Shown: piece by piece, positions 39,082 through 48,803 of the stretch | How the letters are laid out: every line of letters begins with the position of its first letter | How positions within the stretch are numbered: position 1 is the stretch's first letter | From: Candidatus Heimdallarchaeota archaeon | GTDB lineage: Archaea > Asgardarchaeota > Heimdallarchaeia > Heimdallarchaeales > Kariarchaeaceae | Length of the DNA: 53,122 bases | NCBI GenBank assembly: GCA_015523565.1 | Contig: WAKA01000180.1 | Span: 1-53,122, forward strand | Direction: 5' to 3' | Program-made: the position numbers and the translations under genes | The notes under the pieces: model-generated | The model's input: only the letters and a program-made list of their open reading frames with translations | Told to the model about the DNA's origin: nothing | Database searches by the model: none

Positions 39082-39372
39082 AATCTTCCAGCTTTTTGAG
39101 TTATAAAATAATATGAAAACTTACTGGATAATTGCAAAAAATTTTATTGGAAACGAAAAAAAGTAATTCAATATTATCTTTTTAATTTATTGTCCATTTT
39201 TCACCCTCGGTATTTCAATTTCTTCAGCTGATACGATTGTTATCCAATCCTTCCTGATTTATGGTGTAGGTTTTATTATATATGAAAACAACAATTTCAA
39301 TGATATGAATCATTTTCAAAATTTGTCAATCATCAACTGAAAGTATAAATAATCCTATCCAAATAAAAAATT

Positions 39373-40125
39373 GTGTCTTCAACAAAAGAAAAACTCGAAT
39401 TAATTTGGAAAAAAATACGGGAGGATTTTCTTGTTGTACTTTTCACAATGCTTCTGATGGTTACAATCAATTACATTGTGACCATGGGGTTGGGTTGGGG
39501 TAAAAGCATAGCAATCCTTCCTGCCATCAATCAAGATGGTGCATCTATCTATTGGTCAAATACTGCTCCTGATTCCGATGGTGACCAACTTCCCGATTTA
39601 GTCGAACTTACCCCCAAAGGAGAACCTGTGTTGGTGAATGGAAGGGAAGTCGGAAGGGGGACAGGTACCAACCCCCTAAAAGCTGATACGGACGGGGATT
39701 TCTTCCCTGACAATGCTGAAAACAAATTGGGTAGTAATCCAAACAGTTGGATTGACCCTGGTTGGGTTTGGATACTCTGGTTGATATTTCTTGGTATAGT
39801 AGTCTATAAAGTATATATTGAAAAACCTGATAGACTCAGGGAATATATAAAGAACGAAGAAATGATCTCAAAAGCTGTCTCTGGAAAAGGTGGGAAATTT
39901 GCCTATGGCGGCAGCTCAATCTTCAGCAAAAAAGCAGATGAACTGACTGAGGAAGAAAAGAAACAAATTCTAGAAAGTGACGCTCGCTTCCATGAGCTTA
40001 CTGGTCTGCCTGAGGAAGAAGAAGAACCCATCAAACCATCATTCTGGAAACTTTATGGTAAGTCAATCATCCAAATCATAATAATAACAATTGTTGTATT
40101 GATCGGATGGGCAATCATTTCATGA
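39373..40125 (+). CDS. Membrane protein with bacterial TSP3-like Ca-binding DxDGD repeats
   Basis: DSDGDQLPDLVE and GTNPLKADTDGDFFPDNAE...GSNP lie between TM helices; 3 TM in total. Confidence 0.75.
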   Translation: MSSTKEKLELIWKKIREDFLVVLFTMLLMVTINYIVTMGLGWGKSIAILPAINQDGASIYWSNTAPDSDGDQLPDLVELTPKGEPVLVNGREVGRGTGTNPLKADTDGDFFPDNAENKLGSNPNSWIDPGWVWILWLIFLGIVVYKVYIEKPDRLREYIKNEEMISKAVSGKGGKFAYGGSSIFSKKADELTEEEKKQILESDARFHELTGLPEEEEEPIKPSFWKLYGKSIIQIIIITIVVLIGWAIIS

Positions 40126-40159
40126 GAAAGTTAAAATTCACTCCTCATCAATTAATCTT

Positions 40160-41218
40160 GTGGAGATACTTTTCGATAAGGGAATTGCTCTTTCATTGAA
40201 TAATCAAAAACTGTATTTGGATCCCGAAACATCTAAAGTGCCAATTAAATCAAATTGCTTGGTATCCCACTCACATAGTGACCATTCGGCAGGCTTGGGA
40301 AGTGACGGTGCTTCATATTCAACGGCTCCAACCGAATCCCTCTTTAAATCCCTTCATCCCAAAAAATTACGAAATAACGTAACTCTTGATTTCAACTCCC
40401 CAATTGAAATTGGAGATTTTCAAGTTGAGCTTTTTCGTGCAGGTCATCTTTTGGGTGCCGCCCAAATTCTTGTAAGAACCAAAAACATGAATGTTTTCTT
40501 CACTGGTGATTTTTGTCCAGACAACCTTTTAACCGTAAACAAAGCGGAATTCCCAAAAGATGGCATTGACGTACTGATAATTGAAACAACTTATGGAAAT
40601 CCCGTATTGTCATTTCCAGACCGCCAAAATGCCAGAATGGATTTACTGAATTGGGTAATCCAAAAAATTAGTAACAATGTTGTCCCTGTGATCAATGTGG
40701 CTCAATTAGGTGGTGCCCAAGAGCTTATAACTCTGTTTAATCAATTTCTAATGGATATTCCTGTTTATGTTCATCCAAGAATCTGCAAATTGAATTCTGT
40801 CTTTCAAAACCATGGTGTAAAATTGCAATATTCTTCTGTTGATCAATTTGGTGGGGGGGATATGGGGATCATACTTATCCCAAGAGGGGAAAAGACTCTA
40901 CCTTCGGTTCTCAAAGAAAAAAAGATTGCTAGAGGAATGGTTACTGGTCAATCAATAAAATTCAGTTTCCGATCCTACGAATATACTGCTGCATTGACAA
41001 CTCATGCCACCTATCATGAGCTAATAAAAACTGTCAAATTATTGTCGCCTCAATTAGTGGTGACAAGATATTCATATGAAGAAAAATTTGCAGAAACTGT
41101 TAAACAAACTCTCGGAATTCATGCAATTCCTTCCAAATTTTTGAAAAAAAAACAAGTCAACCTTTCAACTCTAGTCAATAAACCAAAAAACCTTTCTCTT
41201 CTAAATTTTTTAGATTAA
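40160..41218 (+). CDS. MBL-fold beta-CASP-like nuclease
   Basis: SHSHSDH, AGHLLGA, FTGDF, IETTYG, THA. Confidence 0.85.
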   Translation: MEILFDKGIALSLNNQKLYLDPETSKVPIKSNCLVSHSHSDHSAGLGSDGASYSTAPTESLFKSLHPKKLRNNVTLDFNSPIEIGDFQVELFRAGHLLGAAQILVRTKNMNVFFTGDFCPDNLLTVNKAEFPKDGIDVLIIETTYGNPVLSFPDRQNARMDLLNWVIQKISNNVVPVINVAQLGGAQELITLFNQFLMDIPVYVHPRICKLNSVFQNHGVKLQYSSVDQFGGGDMGIILIPRGEKTLPSVLKEKKIARGMVTGQSIKFSFRSYEYTAALTTHATYHELIKTVKLLSPQLVVTRYSYEEKFAETVKQTLGIHAIPSKFLKKKQVNLSTLVNKPKNLSLLNFLD

Positions 41219-41604
41219 GCTTTGATTCTCTTGATTGCATTTTCCAACTTGCTAAGGGTTGCAGGTTTTAAGATATATTCATCTACCTGAATTGTTTTCT
41301 TGACACTTGGACGTATTGGTTCACTGGAAATGATAATCAATTTTGTTCTTCTATTGTGTTTCTTGTCAAAATCATTGATGAATCTTGCTAAGGTCGTTCC
41401 ATTTTGTTTAGGTAATACTTGGTCTATGGTGACCAATGTCGGGTTCAATTCCTCAAATTTTTCCATTGCCTCCTCTGCTGTTGCAACCATGTCAACTACT
41501 TCATGCCCCATCTCCAAAAAGTAACGTTTTAGTGCAAGTCTGTTTAAAGGTGAATCGTCCACGATTAATACTCTTTCCATTGCATATCTTTTTCTTTTTA
41601 CCAT
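41215..41604 (-). CDS. Single-domain response regulator (CheY-like)
   Basis: VLIVDD, acceptor Asp in TIDQVLP, ISS, KP. Start may be ATG 41580. Confidence 0.9.
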   Translation of the reverse strand: MVKRKRYAMERVLIVDDSPLNRLALKRYFLEMGHEVVDMVATAEEAMEKFEELNPTLVTIDQVLPKQNGTTLARFINDFDKKHNRRTKLIIISSEPIRPSVKKTIQVDEYILKPATLSKLENAIKRIKA

Positions 41605-41678
41605 TATTATGTATTTTGTAATTGCCTAGTATTAATCCCAATTTCCATTATCTCTTCAAATTCCATTCTAATGGTCTT

Positions 41679-42134
41679 TTATGAAATTTTTCGGACATAT
41701 TCTGCGTGAAGCTTCAATGGCAACCCCATTGAACTTGATGCAATTTCTGCTGTGATTTCTTGGTTGGCATGATCTACCCTTGTAATCCTTGCCCTTGATC
41801 CCTTGAATGGTCCCTTAATGATCTCAACCAAATCCCCTTCCTGCAATCCTTCTATTGCAGGTCGTGGAACCAGAATATCTTCCAATTCTGATAAGTCTAC
41901 GGGTTGATTTTTAATGGGTTTATTATTTACTCCTCTTATTGTGGAAGTTACCTTTTCAATACTTTGAATGTCTGGACCCTCTATGAATATATAGCCTTTA
42001 ATGCCCTCTGTAACCATTACCGAATAAACTGTCCCTTCGTACTGTTCCAATGTACTTGCCTTTCGGTTGATTAGCTGTGCAATTGACTTTTCTTTTCCAT
42101 TGCTTGCTCGAAAAATATAGACTGGCATTTGCAA
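41679..42134 (-). CDS. spt5: Transcription elongation factor Spt5
   Basis: NGN domain (GKEK, KGYIFIE) plus KOW motif (GDLVEIIKGPFKG..ARI). Confidence 0.95.
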   Translation of the reverse strand: MQMPVYIFRASNGKEKSIAQLINRKASTLEQYEGTVYSVMVTEGIKGYIFIEGPDIQSIEKVTSTIRGVNNKPIKNQPVDLSELEDILVPRPAIEGLQEGDLVEIIKGPFKGSRARITRVDHANQEITAEIASSSMGLPLKLHAEYVRKIS

Positions 42135-42137
42135 ACC

Positions 42138-42323
42138 TCATTTTCCAATGGCAAATGAAACAACAAGCTGAACGACAAATCCAATTAATCCTATAAAAAT
42201 AACTCCTAATGCTGTAATCCTGCTTGTGATGATTAATTCTCTTCGTGATGGTCTTTTTGTAGACTGGAACAGCAATCGCTTTGAATTAATATAATATTTC
42301 ATCACTGTTTGTGTAAATCCCAT
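42138..42323 (-). CDS. secE: Protein translocase subunit SecE/Sec61 gamma
   Basis: 61 aa, KRPSRRE, TALGVIFIGLIGF TM helix; directly upstream of spt5. Confidence 0.9.
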   Translation of the reverse strand: MGFTQTVMKYYINSKRLLFQSTKRPSRRELIITSRITALGVIFIGLIGFVVQLVVSFAIGK

Positions 42324-42433
42324 AATTTACTTTAATTCTATTATTGATATAAGATTTGTTATTAGTCTCTTCATTTTCTTTTGTAATGCCTTGATTTACA
42401 AATAATTAAAAAGTGTGCAAATGCCTGATAATT

Positions 42434-43123
42434 ATGGAAGATTCAGTTGATCCTGCACTGGTGAATGACTTGAAGGAATTCTTGGTTGTAGGTGAACAAA
42501 TCGAGTTTTTGGATACTTTCCATGAAACAAAGACTCTTAATCTTATCCTTTCATTGATACTTCTATTAAGCTTTGTTTATTCATTATTTCGCGCATTGGA
42601 AGACCTGTCCTTTTGGATCATTTTCACAATTATCACATTCACTTTCTTCTTGTACTATTCATCTCGAGTTAGGTTGAAAATGCTCTATGCCATTACAAAA
42701 TTCCGGGTTATGAAAATCGAAATCAATCCTGTCAGGAGGTTAGTATTGGGTATTTGGAAATTCTCGAGATACAGCGACCTTCATTTCTCACATGCTGAAA
42801 CTATTCAAATCGGGGTGACCCCATTCAACTCCCGAAGATTCTGGTTGTCAGGGCTTGCCTTGTCTGTTTCATGGTTCATTTTAAATGGTGAGGAAATATT
42901 TTCTTTTCTCCGAAGTGAATCTCCATTAATTCCTATGGCATTGGTTATCTTTCTATATGGGGTAGTTTCTCTTTTTTCAAGCCTCCCACTTGGAAGTGAT
43001 CGGATATTGGTCAACAGTCTTTCTGGATATTCTATGACATTTCCCCTGAAAAAACTAAGGAAAGAGTTTATTGAACTTCTTGTGGATCGCAGTAGAACAT
43101 TTCTCACTTATGGAGTTGATTAA
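42434..43123 (+). CDS. Hypothetical membrane protein (possible bacterial PH-like domain)
   Basis: 4 TM helices; YAITKFRV motif. ATG 42434 likely; the ORF is open from 42413. Confidence 0.6.
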   Translation: MEDSVDPALVNDLKEFLVVGEQIEFLDTFHETKTLNLILSLILLLSFVYSLFRALEDLSFWIIFTIITFTFFLYYSSRVRLKMLYAITKFRVMKIEINPVRRLVLGIWKFSRYSDLHFSHAETIQIGVTPFNSRRFWLSGLALSVSWFILNGEEIFSFLRSESPLIPMALVIFLYGVVSLFSSLPLGSDRILVNSLSGYSMTFPLKKLRKEFIELLVDRSRTFLTYGVD

Positions 43124-45068
43124 GATTTTCCTGATTGGCAAAAAAAAGCAACATAAATATTATCCCATTTTGGCATTCAATGAATTCAAGGACGAATTTT
43201 TAGACCAAGGTGTCGGAATTTCTAGATCTGATATTTATTGGAAGGGATTGGCTTCAGTTGCTCTTTTTTCCATTGTTTCATTTCAAGGTCTTCCATTGTT
43301 GTTTTCTACTATTGGCATGATCATCTTATACTTGACTGATTATCACATCGCCTCTTTCACTTTTACGCGAAAGAGAATCATAATCGAGAAAAAGAAACAA
43401 AAAAGCAGAAGGAAAAAGCTTGCTGTATTTTTTTTACTTATTAGTGGTTTTTCTATTATTTATCCTTTAAACATAGAAATGCAAATTAACATCATGACAT
43501 TTCTAATACCTCCATTGTATCCTGCCCTGCTTTTTTACCTAGTTGCTGTTTTTTATCCTTCCATCCTTCCAATCCTGCCCGCGATTGGTCTTTTTCTCTT
43601 TTCTATTACCACATTTTGGATACTATGGTTTGCATATAGGGATGAGCATGAAATTACAAGCATGCCTTCATCCCATCTGAAAGCTATTTTATTGTCACGA
43701 ACTCATGGATTAAACAAAAAAGGATATTTTGTAATTCTCTTGGTAATGATGCTTCAATTAATCATGAATATTCTCATAAAATATACCGTAACCCCTGTCT
43801 TTAACTTAATTGCTTTTTTCCTGTTTCCATTGACCATTTTTGTTGTTGCCAGGTTCAGAAATGAGGAGAAATATGCTCTAGTAATATACAATAAGAAGGG
43901 CATGCCGATTTCTACTGAAATAATATTTGAAAAAAGTAATTTAAGCAGGGTGAAAAAGGCATTTTCATATTATCTAAATTATCCCCCCTCTTACGATGAA
44001 ACTTTTCCAAAATCCATTATTGATTCCACTTATTTCTCAAAATTTCCAACTGGAAAGTTCTATATACAAAAAAAATTCTACAAGAAAAGTTTCCTCATCA
44101 GTAGATCACTCTCTATTCTCTTATTTATCATTGTTATCCTGATCGATATTTCAAGGGGAGATACCCTTTTTTCTTTTTTCATATTCTTTATTGCGACCAT
44201 TGGTGTCTTTTATGTTTCCAATTTTCTCATGACCAAATTGGTCTATAATCTAACCAACACTGAAGATACTCATTATTTGCTGTTTTCAGATTATTTGGTT
44301 GCTTTTATCTCACAAAACAAGATTTTTTTGGTTACTCTTGCATCATTGGGAGGAATGGAAATCGTCAAACAATTCAACACCAATTTATATGAATTCAATA
44401 ATTTAGGGGGAAAGAAAATAAATTGGAAATTACTGGTTGCCTATGTTCTTGGTCTCCTGTTTTTCGGGTTGATAAGCCAATTTGTAAGATTTGGATTCAT
44501 CAGCCTCTATGGACTGATGAAAATCACCTCTTATTTCTTTACTCTTATCCTTCAAAAATCATTTAATTTTATATTGAATCATCGTTTCATAATTCTTTAT
44601 TTCATTGCTCTATTCTGGCTTGCACTTACTTTAGTTTTGCCTCGTATAATGTTGCTGATCAGGTCTGATTTGATTATCCATACATTACCCAAATCAGATT
44701 TTGAATTTCAATCTGATGAATTGTCAGGATCAATTTTCATAAACAACATTCTTACTTCATTCAAAATGGGGTCTATGAACACGCAAAATAACCGCCCTGT
44801 AGCGGTTCATGCAACGATTGAACTGAAAAACATCAGTGATAAACCTCTGACCCTATTTATTGGAGCCCATGAAAAACAATTCAGTTTAATGCCAAATGAA
44901 CTCAAACGATGCAGAATAAAATCTATTGTAAAGGGGTTGGATATTACCATTCATATTTCCTCTGACGTTTTCCAAACAACTTCCCTGCATTTCAAAAAAA
45001 AGGGGGGAATTGTTTCCGTCGAGAATTTCTTAAAGGCAAAACTTCTGAACTATGTGATCAGACTCTAA
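43071..45068 (+). CDS. Hypothetical polytopic membrane protein
   Basis: 665-aa ORF with many hydrophobic segments. Start uncertain (ATG 43110 possible). Confidence 0.6.
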   Translation: MNFLWIAVEHFSLMELIKIFLIGKKKQHKYYPILAFNEFKDEFLDQGVGISRSDIYWKGLASVALFSIVSFQGLPLLFSTIGMIILYLTDYHIASFTFTRKRIIIEKKKQKSRRKKLAVFFLLISGFSIIYPLNIEMQINIMTFLIPPLYPALLFYLVAVFYPSILPILPAIGLFLFSITTFWILWFAYRDEHEITSMPSSHLKAILLSRTHGLNKKGYFVILLVMMLQLIMNILIKYTVTPVFNLIAFFLFPLTIFVVARFRNEEKYALVIYNKKGMPISTEIIFEKSNLSRVKKAFSYYLNYPPSYDETFPKSIIDSTYFSKFPTGKFYIQKKFYKKSFLISRSLSILLFIIVILIDISRGDTLFSFFIFFIATIGVFYVSNFLMTKLVYNLTNTEDTHYLLFSDYLVAFISQNKIFLVTLASLGGMEIVKQFNTNLYEFNNLGGKKINWKLLVAYVLGLLFFGLISQFVRFGFISLYGLMKITSYFFTLILQKSFNFILNHRFIILYFIALFWLALTLVLPRIMLLIRSDLIIHTLPKSDFEFQSDELSGSIFINNILTSFKMGSMNTQNNRPVAVHATIELKNISDKPLTLFIGAHEKQFSLMPNELKRCRIKSIVKGLDITIHISSDVFQTTSLHFKKKGGIVSVENFLKAKLLNYVIRL

Positions 45069-45121
45069 TGACATATGATGTTATCCAAACACTTTAAGGA
45101 ACATATGAAATATATTACATA

Positions 45122-45496
45122 ATGATCAATCTGGGATCTGTTGACGTTTTCGTCACAATTACCCCTGCTGCACGGAAGGAACTTAAAAGACAGCTTGAAT
45201 TGGCAAAAGACAGAGATTTGGCTGTACGGATTTTTGTCATGCTGGATCGGTTTGCTGGATTTGCTTTTGATCTCGAATTTTCCAAGCCAACAACAAATGA
45301 TTATCAGGCAAAAGTAGATGATATCCCAATTGTCGTCGATAAAAGCTTTCTTGAATATGTTAAGGGAATGGAAATCGATTATGATCCCGAAACCCATGAA
45401 TTTTCTTTAGTCAATAAAAAACCAGCCTATAATTGTGTTCCAGGTTCAAAATTTGAATGTCCTTCCTGCAATTTATACTTGGAAGCAAATTCATAG
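45122..45496 (+). CDS. HesB/IscA-fold protein with an atypical Cys arrangement
   Basis: VTITPAA, VRIFV, DIPIVVD, GMEIDY, F.LVN. Canonical GGC and CGC motifs absent; C-x7-C-x2-C tail. Confidence 0.72.
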   Translation: MINLGSVDVFVTITPAARKELKRQLELAKDRDLAVRIFVMLDRFAGFAFDLEFSKPTTNDYQAKVDDIPIVVDKSFLEYVKGMEIDYDPETHEFSLVNKKPAYNCVPGSKFECPSCNLYLEANS

Positions 45497-45558
45497 TCAA
45501 TAAAAAAATATCGATTAATATATTAAGGAACAGTTGTAGTTAAGCTTAGGAGAGAAAA

Positions 45559-48500
45559 ATGAGTAAAGCAGTGCAAGAAGTTTTCGCACCAGTCCCTCCC
45601 CATAATGATTTTCCAAAAATGGAGGAAAAGATCCTTGAATATTGGAAAAAGAACAAAACCTTCCAAAAAATTCAGGAATTAAGAGCAAAAGAATCAAAAG
45701 GGATCTGGACTTGGTTGGAGGGACCTCCAACAGCCAACGGTCTTCCGCATGCGGGTCATGCCCTGACTCGAACCCTAAAGGATATCATGCTACGTTTCAG
45801 AACAATGCAGGGATATTGGGTTCGACCAAGAATTGGTGGATGGGATTGTCATGGGTTGCCAGTTGAACTTGAAGTTGAAAAACAGATGGGCTTCAAAAAC
45901 AAGCAAGATATAGAAAACTTCGGAATTGAAAAATTCAACAAGCTCTGCAAGGAAAGTGTTCTCAAATACGAAAAAGAATGGCGAGAAATGACTGAGCGTG
46001 TTGGATTTTGGCTTGATCTTGACCATCCTTATATCACCATGGCCGATACTTATATTGAAAGCGTTTGGTGGTCTCTAAAGACTCTATTTGAGAAAGGTCT
46101 TCTCTATAAGGGTGTTCGTGTGGCTCCACTTTGTACCCGGTGTGGAACAACACTTTCCAGCCATGAACTGTCTCAAGGATATAAGGAAGTCAAGGATCCC
46201 GCTATCTTCATAAAATTCGAAGCGGACGATCCTGAACTCGAAGACGTCAAGTTCTTGGCTTGGACAACCACCCCTTGGACTCTTCTCTCCAATGTTATGC
46301 TGTCCGTTCATCCTGATGTCGACTATGTAGTTGTAGAACATGAAGGTGAAAAGCTACTTCTCGCAGAACCATTGGTTGAGAAAGTTTTGAAGGTTAAAAA
46401 GAAACCCTTGAAAAAATTCAAGGGAAAAGAGCTTGAATTCAAAAAATACAAACCACTTTTCCCCTATTTCAAGGATATCGGTGGAAATTCATTTATTGTC
46501 ACAGTTGCTGATTATGTCACTACAGAGGACGGTACTGGAATTGTGCACTCCGCTCCTGCATTTGGTGCTGATGATGCGGAAACTGGTAGGAGATACAATG
46601 CCCCCATAATTCAATGCGTTGGGTTGGATGGGAAATTTACTGAAGATGTCCCTCCTCTCGCGGGCATGTGGGTCAAAGATGCAGACAATAAAATCATCAA
46701 AATGCTCAAAGAAGAAGGCAAGCTCTTCAGAAAGGACGCATATGTTCACCAATATCCCCACTGCTGGAGATGTGATACACCTCTGCTCTATTATGGAACA
46801 GAATCTTGGTTTATTCAGATGTCAAAGCTCCGGGATCAACTTGTTGCTAATAATCAAGGAGTTGCTTGGCAACCAAAATATATCAAGGATGGACGCTTCG
46901 GAAACTTTCTTGAAAATGTCGTTGATTGGAACCTCTCTAGGTCACGATATTGGGGTACTCCTCTTCCAATCTGGGTCTGTGATGACTGTGGACACTCTGT
47001 GGCAATTGGCAGTATTGCTGAACTAAAAGAAAAAGCAGGGAATCTCCCGGAAAACTTTGAGCTTCATAGACCATACGTGGACGAAGTCAAATGGAAATGT
47101 GAAAAATGCAACAAGGGTACTATGATTCGTGAGGAGTATGTGATTGACTGTTGGTATGACTCAGGATCGGCTCCTTTTGCCCAATATCATTATCCATTTG
47201 AGAAACAGGATGAATTTGAACAGGATTTCCCCTTTGATTGGATTACTGAAGCGATTGACCAAACTAGGGGCTGGTTTTACACTCTCATGGCCGTAAACAC
47301 TGCCTTATTCAACAAATCCCCCTATAAATCCGTTCTTTGCATGAACCATATTGTCGATGAACATGGTCGGAAAATGTCTAAAAGCAAAGGCAATACAATC
47401 AATACAAAAGACCTCTTCAAAGCTGTTGGCGCTGATTCAACAAGGTGGTACCTGAGCAAGAGCCCTGCATGGAACCAAACACGTTTCAGTATCAAACTTG
47501 TGGAAGAGGCCCAACGCAAAATGCTTAACACCCTCTGGAATGTTTACAGTTTCTTTGTCACCAATATCAATGTGGATGGTTATGTTCCTAATTCAGATCC
47601 TGTTGATTATTCAGAACGACCTGAAATTGATCAATGGCTTCTTTCTAGGTTACAGAATCTTACCAAGACTGTTGCCAAGGGTGTTGACGAGATGACTTTC
47701 CATGTCTCTGTAAATGCTCTTGACTATTTCATCATTGAAGAGTTGAGTAATTGGTATGTTAGAAGGTCTCGAAGAAGATTCTATACCGATAAGCTTGATG
47801 CTGACAAAAGGTCTGCATATGATACCCTTTATGAATGCTTAACAACCTTGACAAGACTTTTGGCTCCCTTTACTCCATTTTTGGCTGAGGAACTCTTCCT
47901 TAACCTTGAAGGGTCACGTCAAAACAATGGAATCAAGTCTGTCCATTCAGAACTTTTCCCAGAAGCAAAAGAAGAATTGATCAACGTTACGCTTGAAGAA
48001 AAGATGGGCTGGGCATTGAATGCCGTAATCGCTGGAAGGTCTGCACGTTCCGCCGCCAATATTAAACTTAGACAGCCTCTCAAGGAATTAATCATCTCCG
48101 TGAATGACAAAGCCCCTGATTTTACCGACCTTCTCCCAGTCATCGCTGAAGAATTGAACGTCAAGGATGTAAGATTAACAAAAGAAAATGAATCCATGGT
48201 TGAATACAAAATCCTTCCCAATTTAAAGGTTCTCGCCCCCAAAGTGAAGGGTGAAATCACAAAAATCAAGGATTATCTCTCAAACATGCCATTAAATGAG
48301 GCCAAAAAATTTGTGACAACCATGAAAGGCAAGGGTAAGGCTTCCGTGACCATTGACGGTAAGACTTGGGAGTTTACTGAAGATGAGGTAAAAGTTAGCG
48401 AGATCGCTCCCGAAGGATATTCAATGGGCTCTTCAAAAGGTGTTGACGTATTTGTCTCCACTGAAATTACCCCTGAATTAAAATCTGAGGGGTTGGCGAG

Positions 48501-48744
48501 AGAATTGATTCGCCGATACCAAGAAATGAGAAAAACCGCAGACCTTGCATTTACAGACCGTATAGCGTTGGGTATCAGAACCAAAGATGAAACCATTCTT
48601 GGTGCATTTGAAAAATTCAAGAAATATATAATGGGTGAAACTCAGGCAGATAAGGTCATGAAACAATTCAGGGGCGGATATAAACATGAATGGGACATTA
48701 ATGGTTCCAAAGTTACACTTTTCATCAAGAAGTTGAATGTTTAA
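45559..48744 (+). CDS. ileS: Isoleucine--tRNA ligase (archaeal/eukaryotic type)
   Basis: GPPTANGLPHAGH, GWDCHGLP, WTTTPWT, GTGIVH, SRSRYWGTP, DQTRGWF, KMSKS. Confidence 0.98.
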   Translation: MSKAVQEVFAPVPPHNDFPKMEEKILEYWKKNKTFQKIQELRAKESKGIWTWLEGPPTANGLPHAGHALTRTLKDIMLRFRTMQGYWVRPRIGGWDCHGLPVELEVEKQMGFKNKQDIENFGIEKFNKLCKESVLKYEKEWREMTERVGFWLDLDHPYITMADTYIESVWWSLKTLFEKGLLYKGVRVAPLCTRCGTTLSSHELSQGYKEVKDPAIFIKFEADDPELEDVKFLAWTTTPWTLLSNVMLSVHPDVDYVVVEHEGEKLLLAEPLVEKVLKVKKKPLKKFKGKELEFKKYKPLFPYFKDIGGNSFIVTVADYVTTEDGTGIVHSAPAFGADDAETGRRYNAPIIQCVGLDGKFTEDVPPLAGMWVKDADNKIIKMLKEEGKLFRKDAYVHQYPHCWRCDTPLLYYGTESWFIQMSKLRDQLVANNQGVAWQPKYIKDGRFGNFLENVVDWNLSRSRYWGTPLPIWVCDDCGHSVAIGSIAELKEKAGNLPENFELHRPYVDEVKWKCEKCNKGTMIREEYVIDCWYDSGSAPFAQYHYPFEKQDEFEQDFPFDWITEAIDQTRGWFYTLMAVNTALFNKSPYKSVLCMNHIVDEHGRKMSKSKGNTINTKDLFKAVGADSTRWYLSKSPAWNQTRFSIKLVEEAQRKMLNTLWNVYSFFVTNINVDGYVPNSDPVDYSERPEIDQWLLSRLQNLTKTVAKGVDEMTFHVSVNALDYFIIEELSNWYVRRSRRRFYTDKLDADKRSAYDTLYECLTTLTRLLAPFTPFLAEELFLNLEGSRQNNGIKSVHSELFPEAKEELINVTLEEKMGWALNAVIAGRSARSAANIKLRQPLKELIISVNDKAPDFTDLLPVIAEELNVKDVRLTKENESMVEYKILPNLKVLAPKVKGEITKIKDYLSNMPLNEAKKFVTTMKGKGKASVTIDGKTWEFTEDEVKVSEIAPEGYSMGSSKGVDVFVSTEITPELKSEGLARELIRRYQEMRKTADLAFTDRIALGIRTKDETILGAFEKFKKYIMGETQADKVMKQFRGGYKHEWDINGSKVTLFIKKLNV

Positions 48745-48803
48745 ATCATGCATTAACCATTGAGTACAAGAACCCTTAAAATTATTGTTCTTATTTTTAT
48801 CTT

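Noticed and set aside
39082-39372. Replication origin
   Set aside because: No ORB-like elements recognised and no cdc6/orc1 gene nearby; the TTATCCA matches are too short to support it.
45122-45496. HesB-like selenoprotein
   Set aside because: No in-frame TGA at the expected Cys positions; the ORF ends in TAG.
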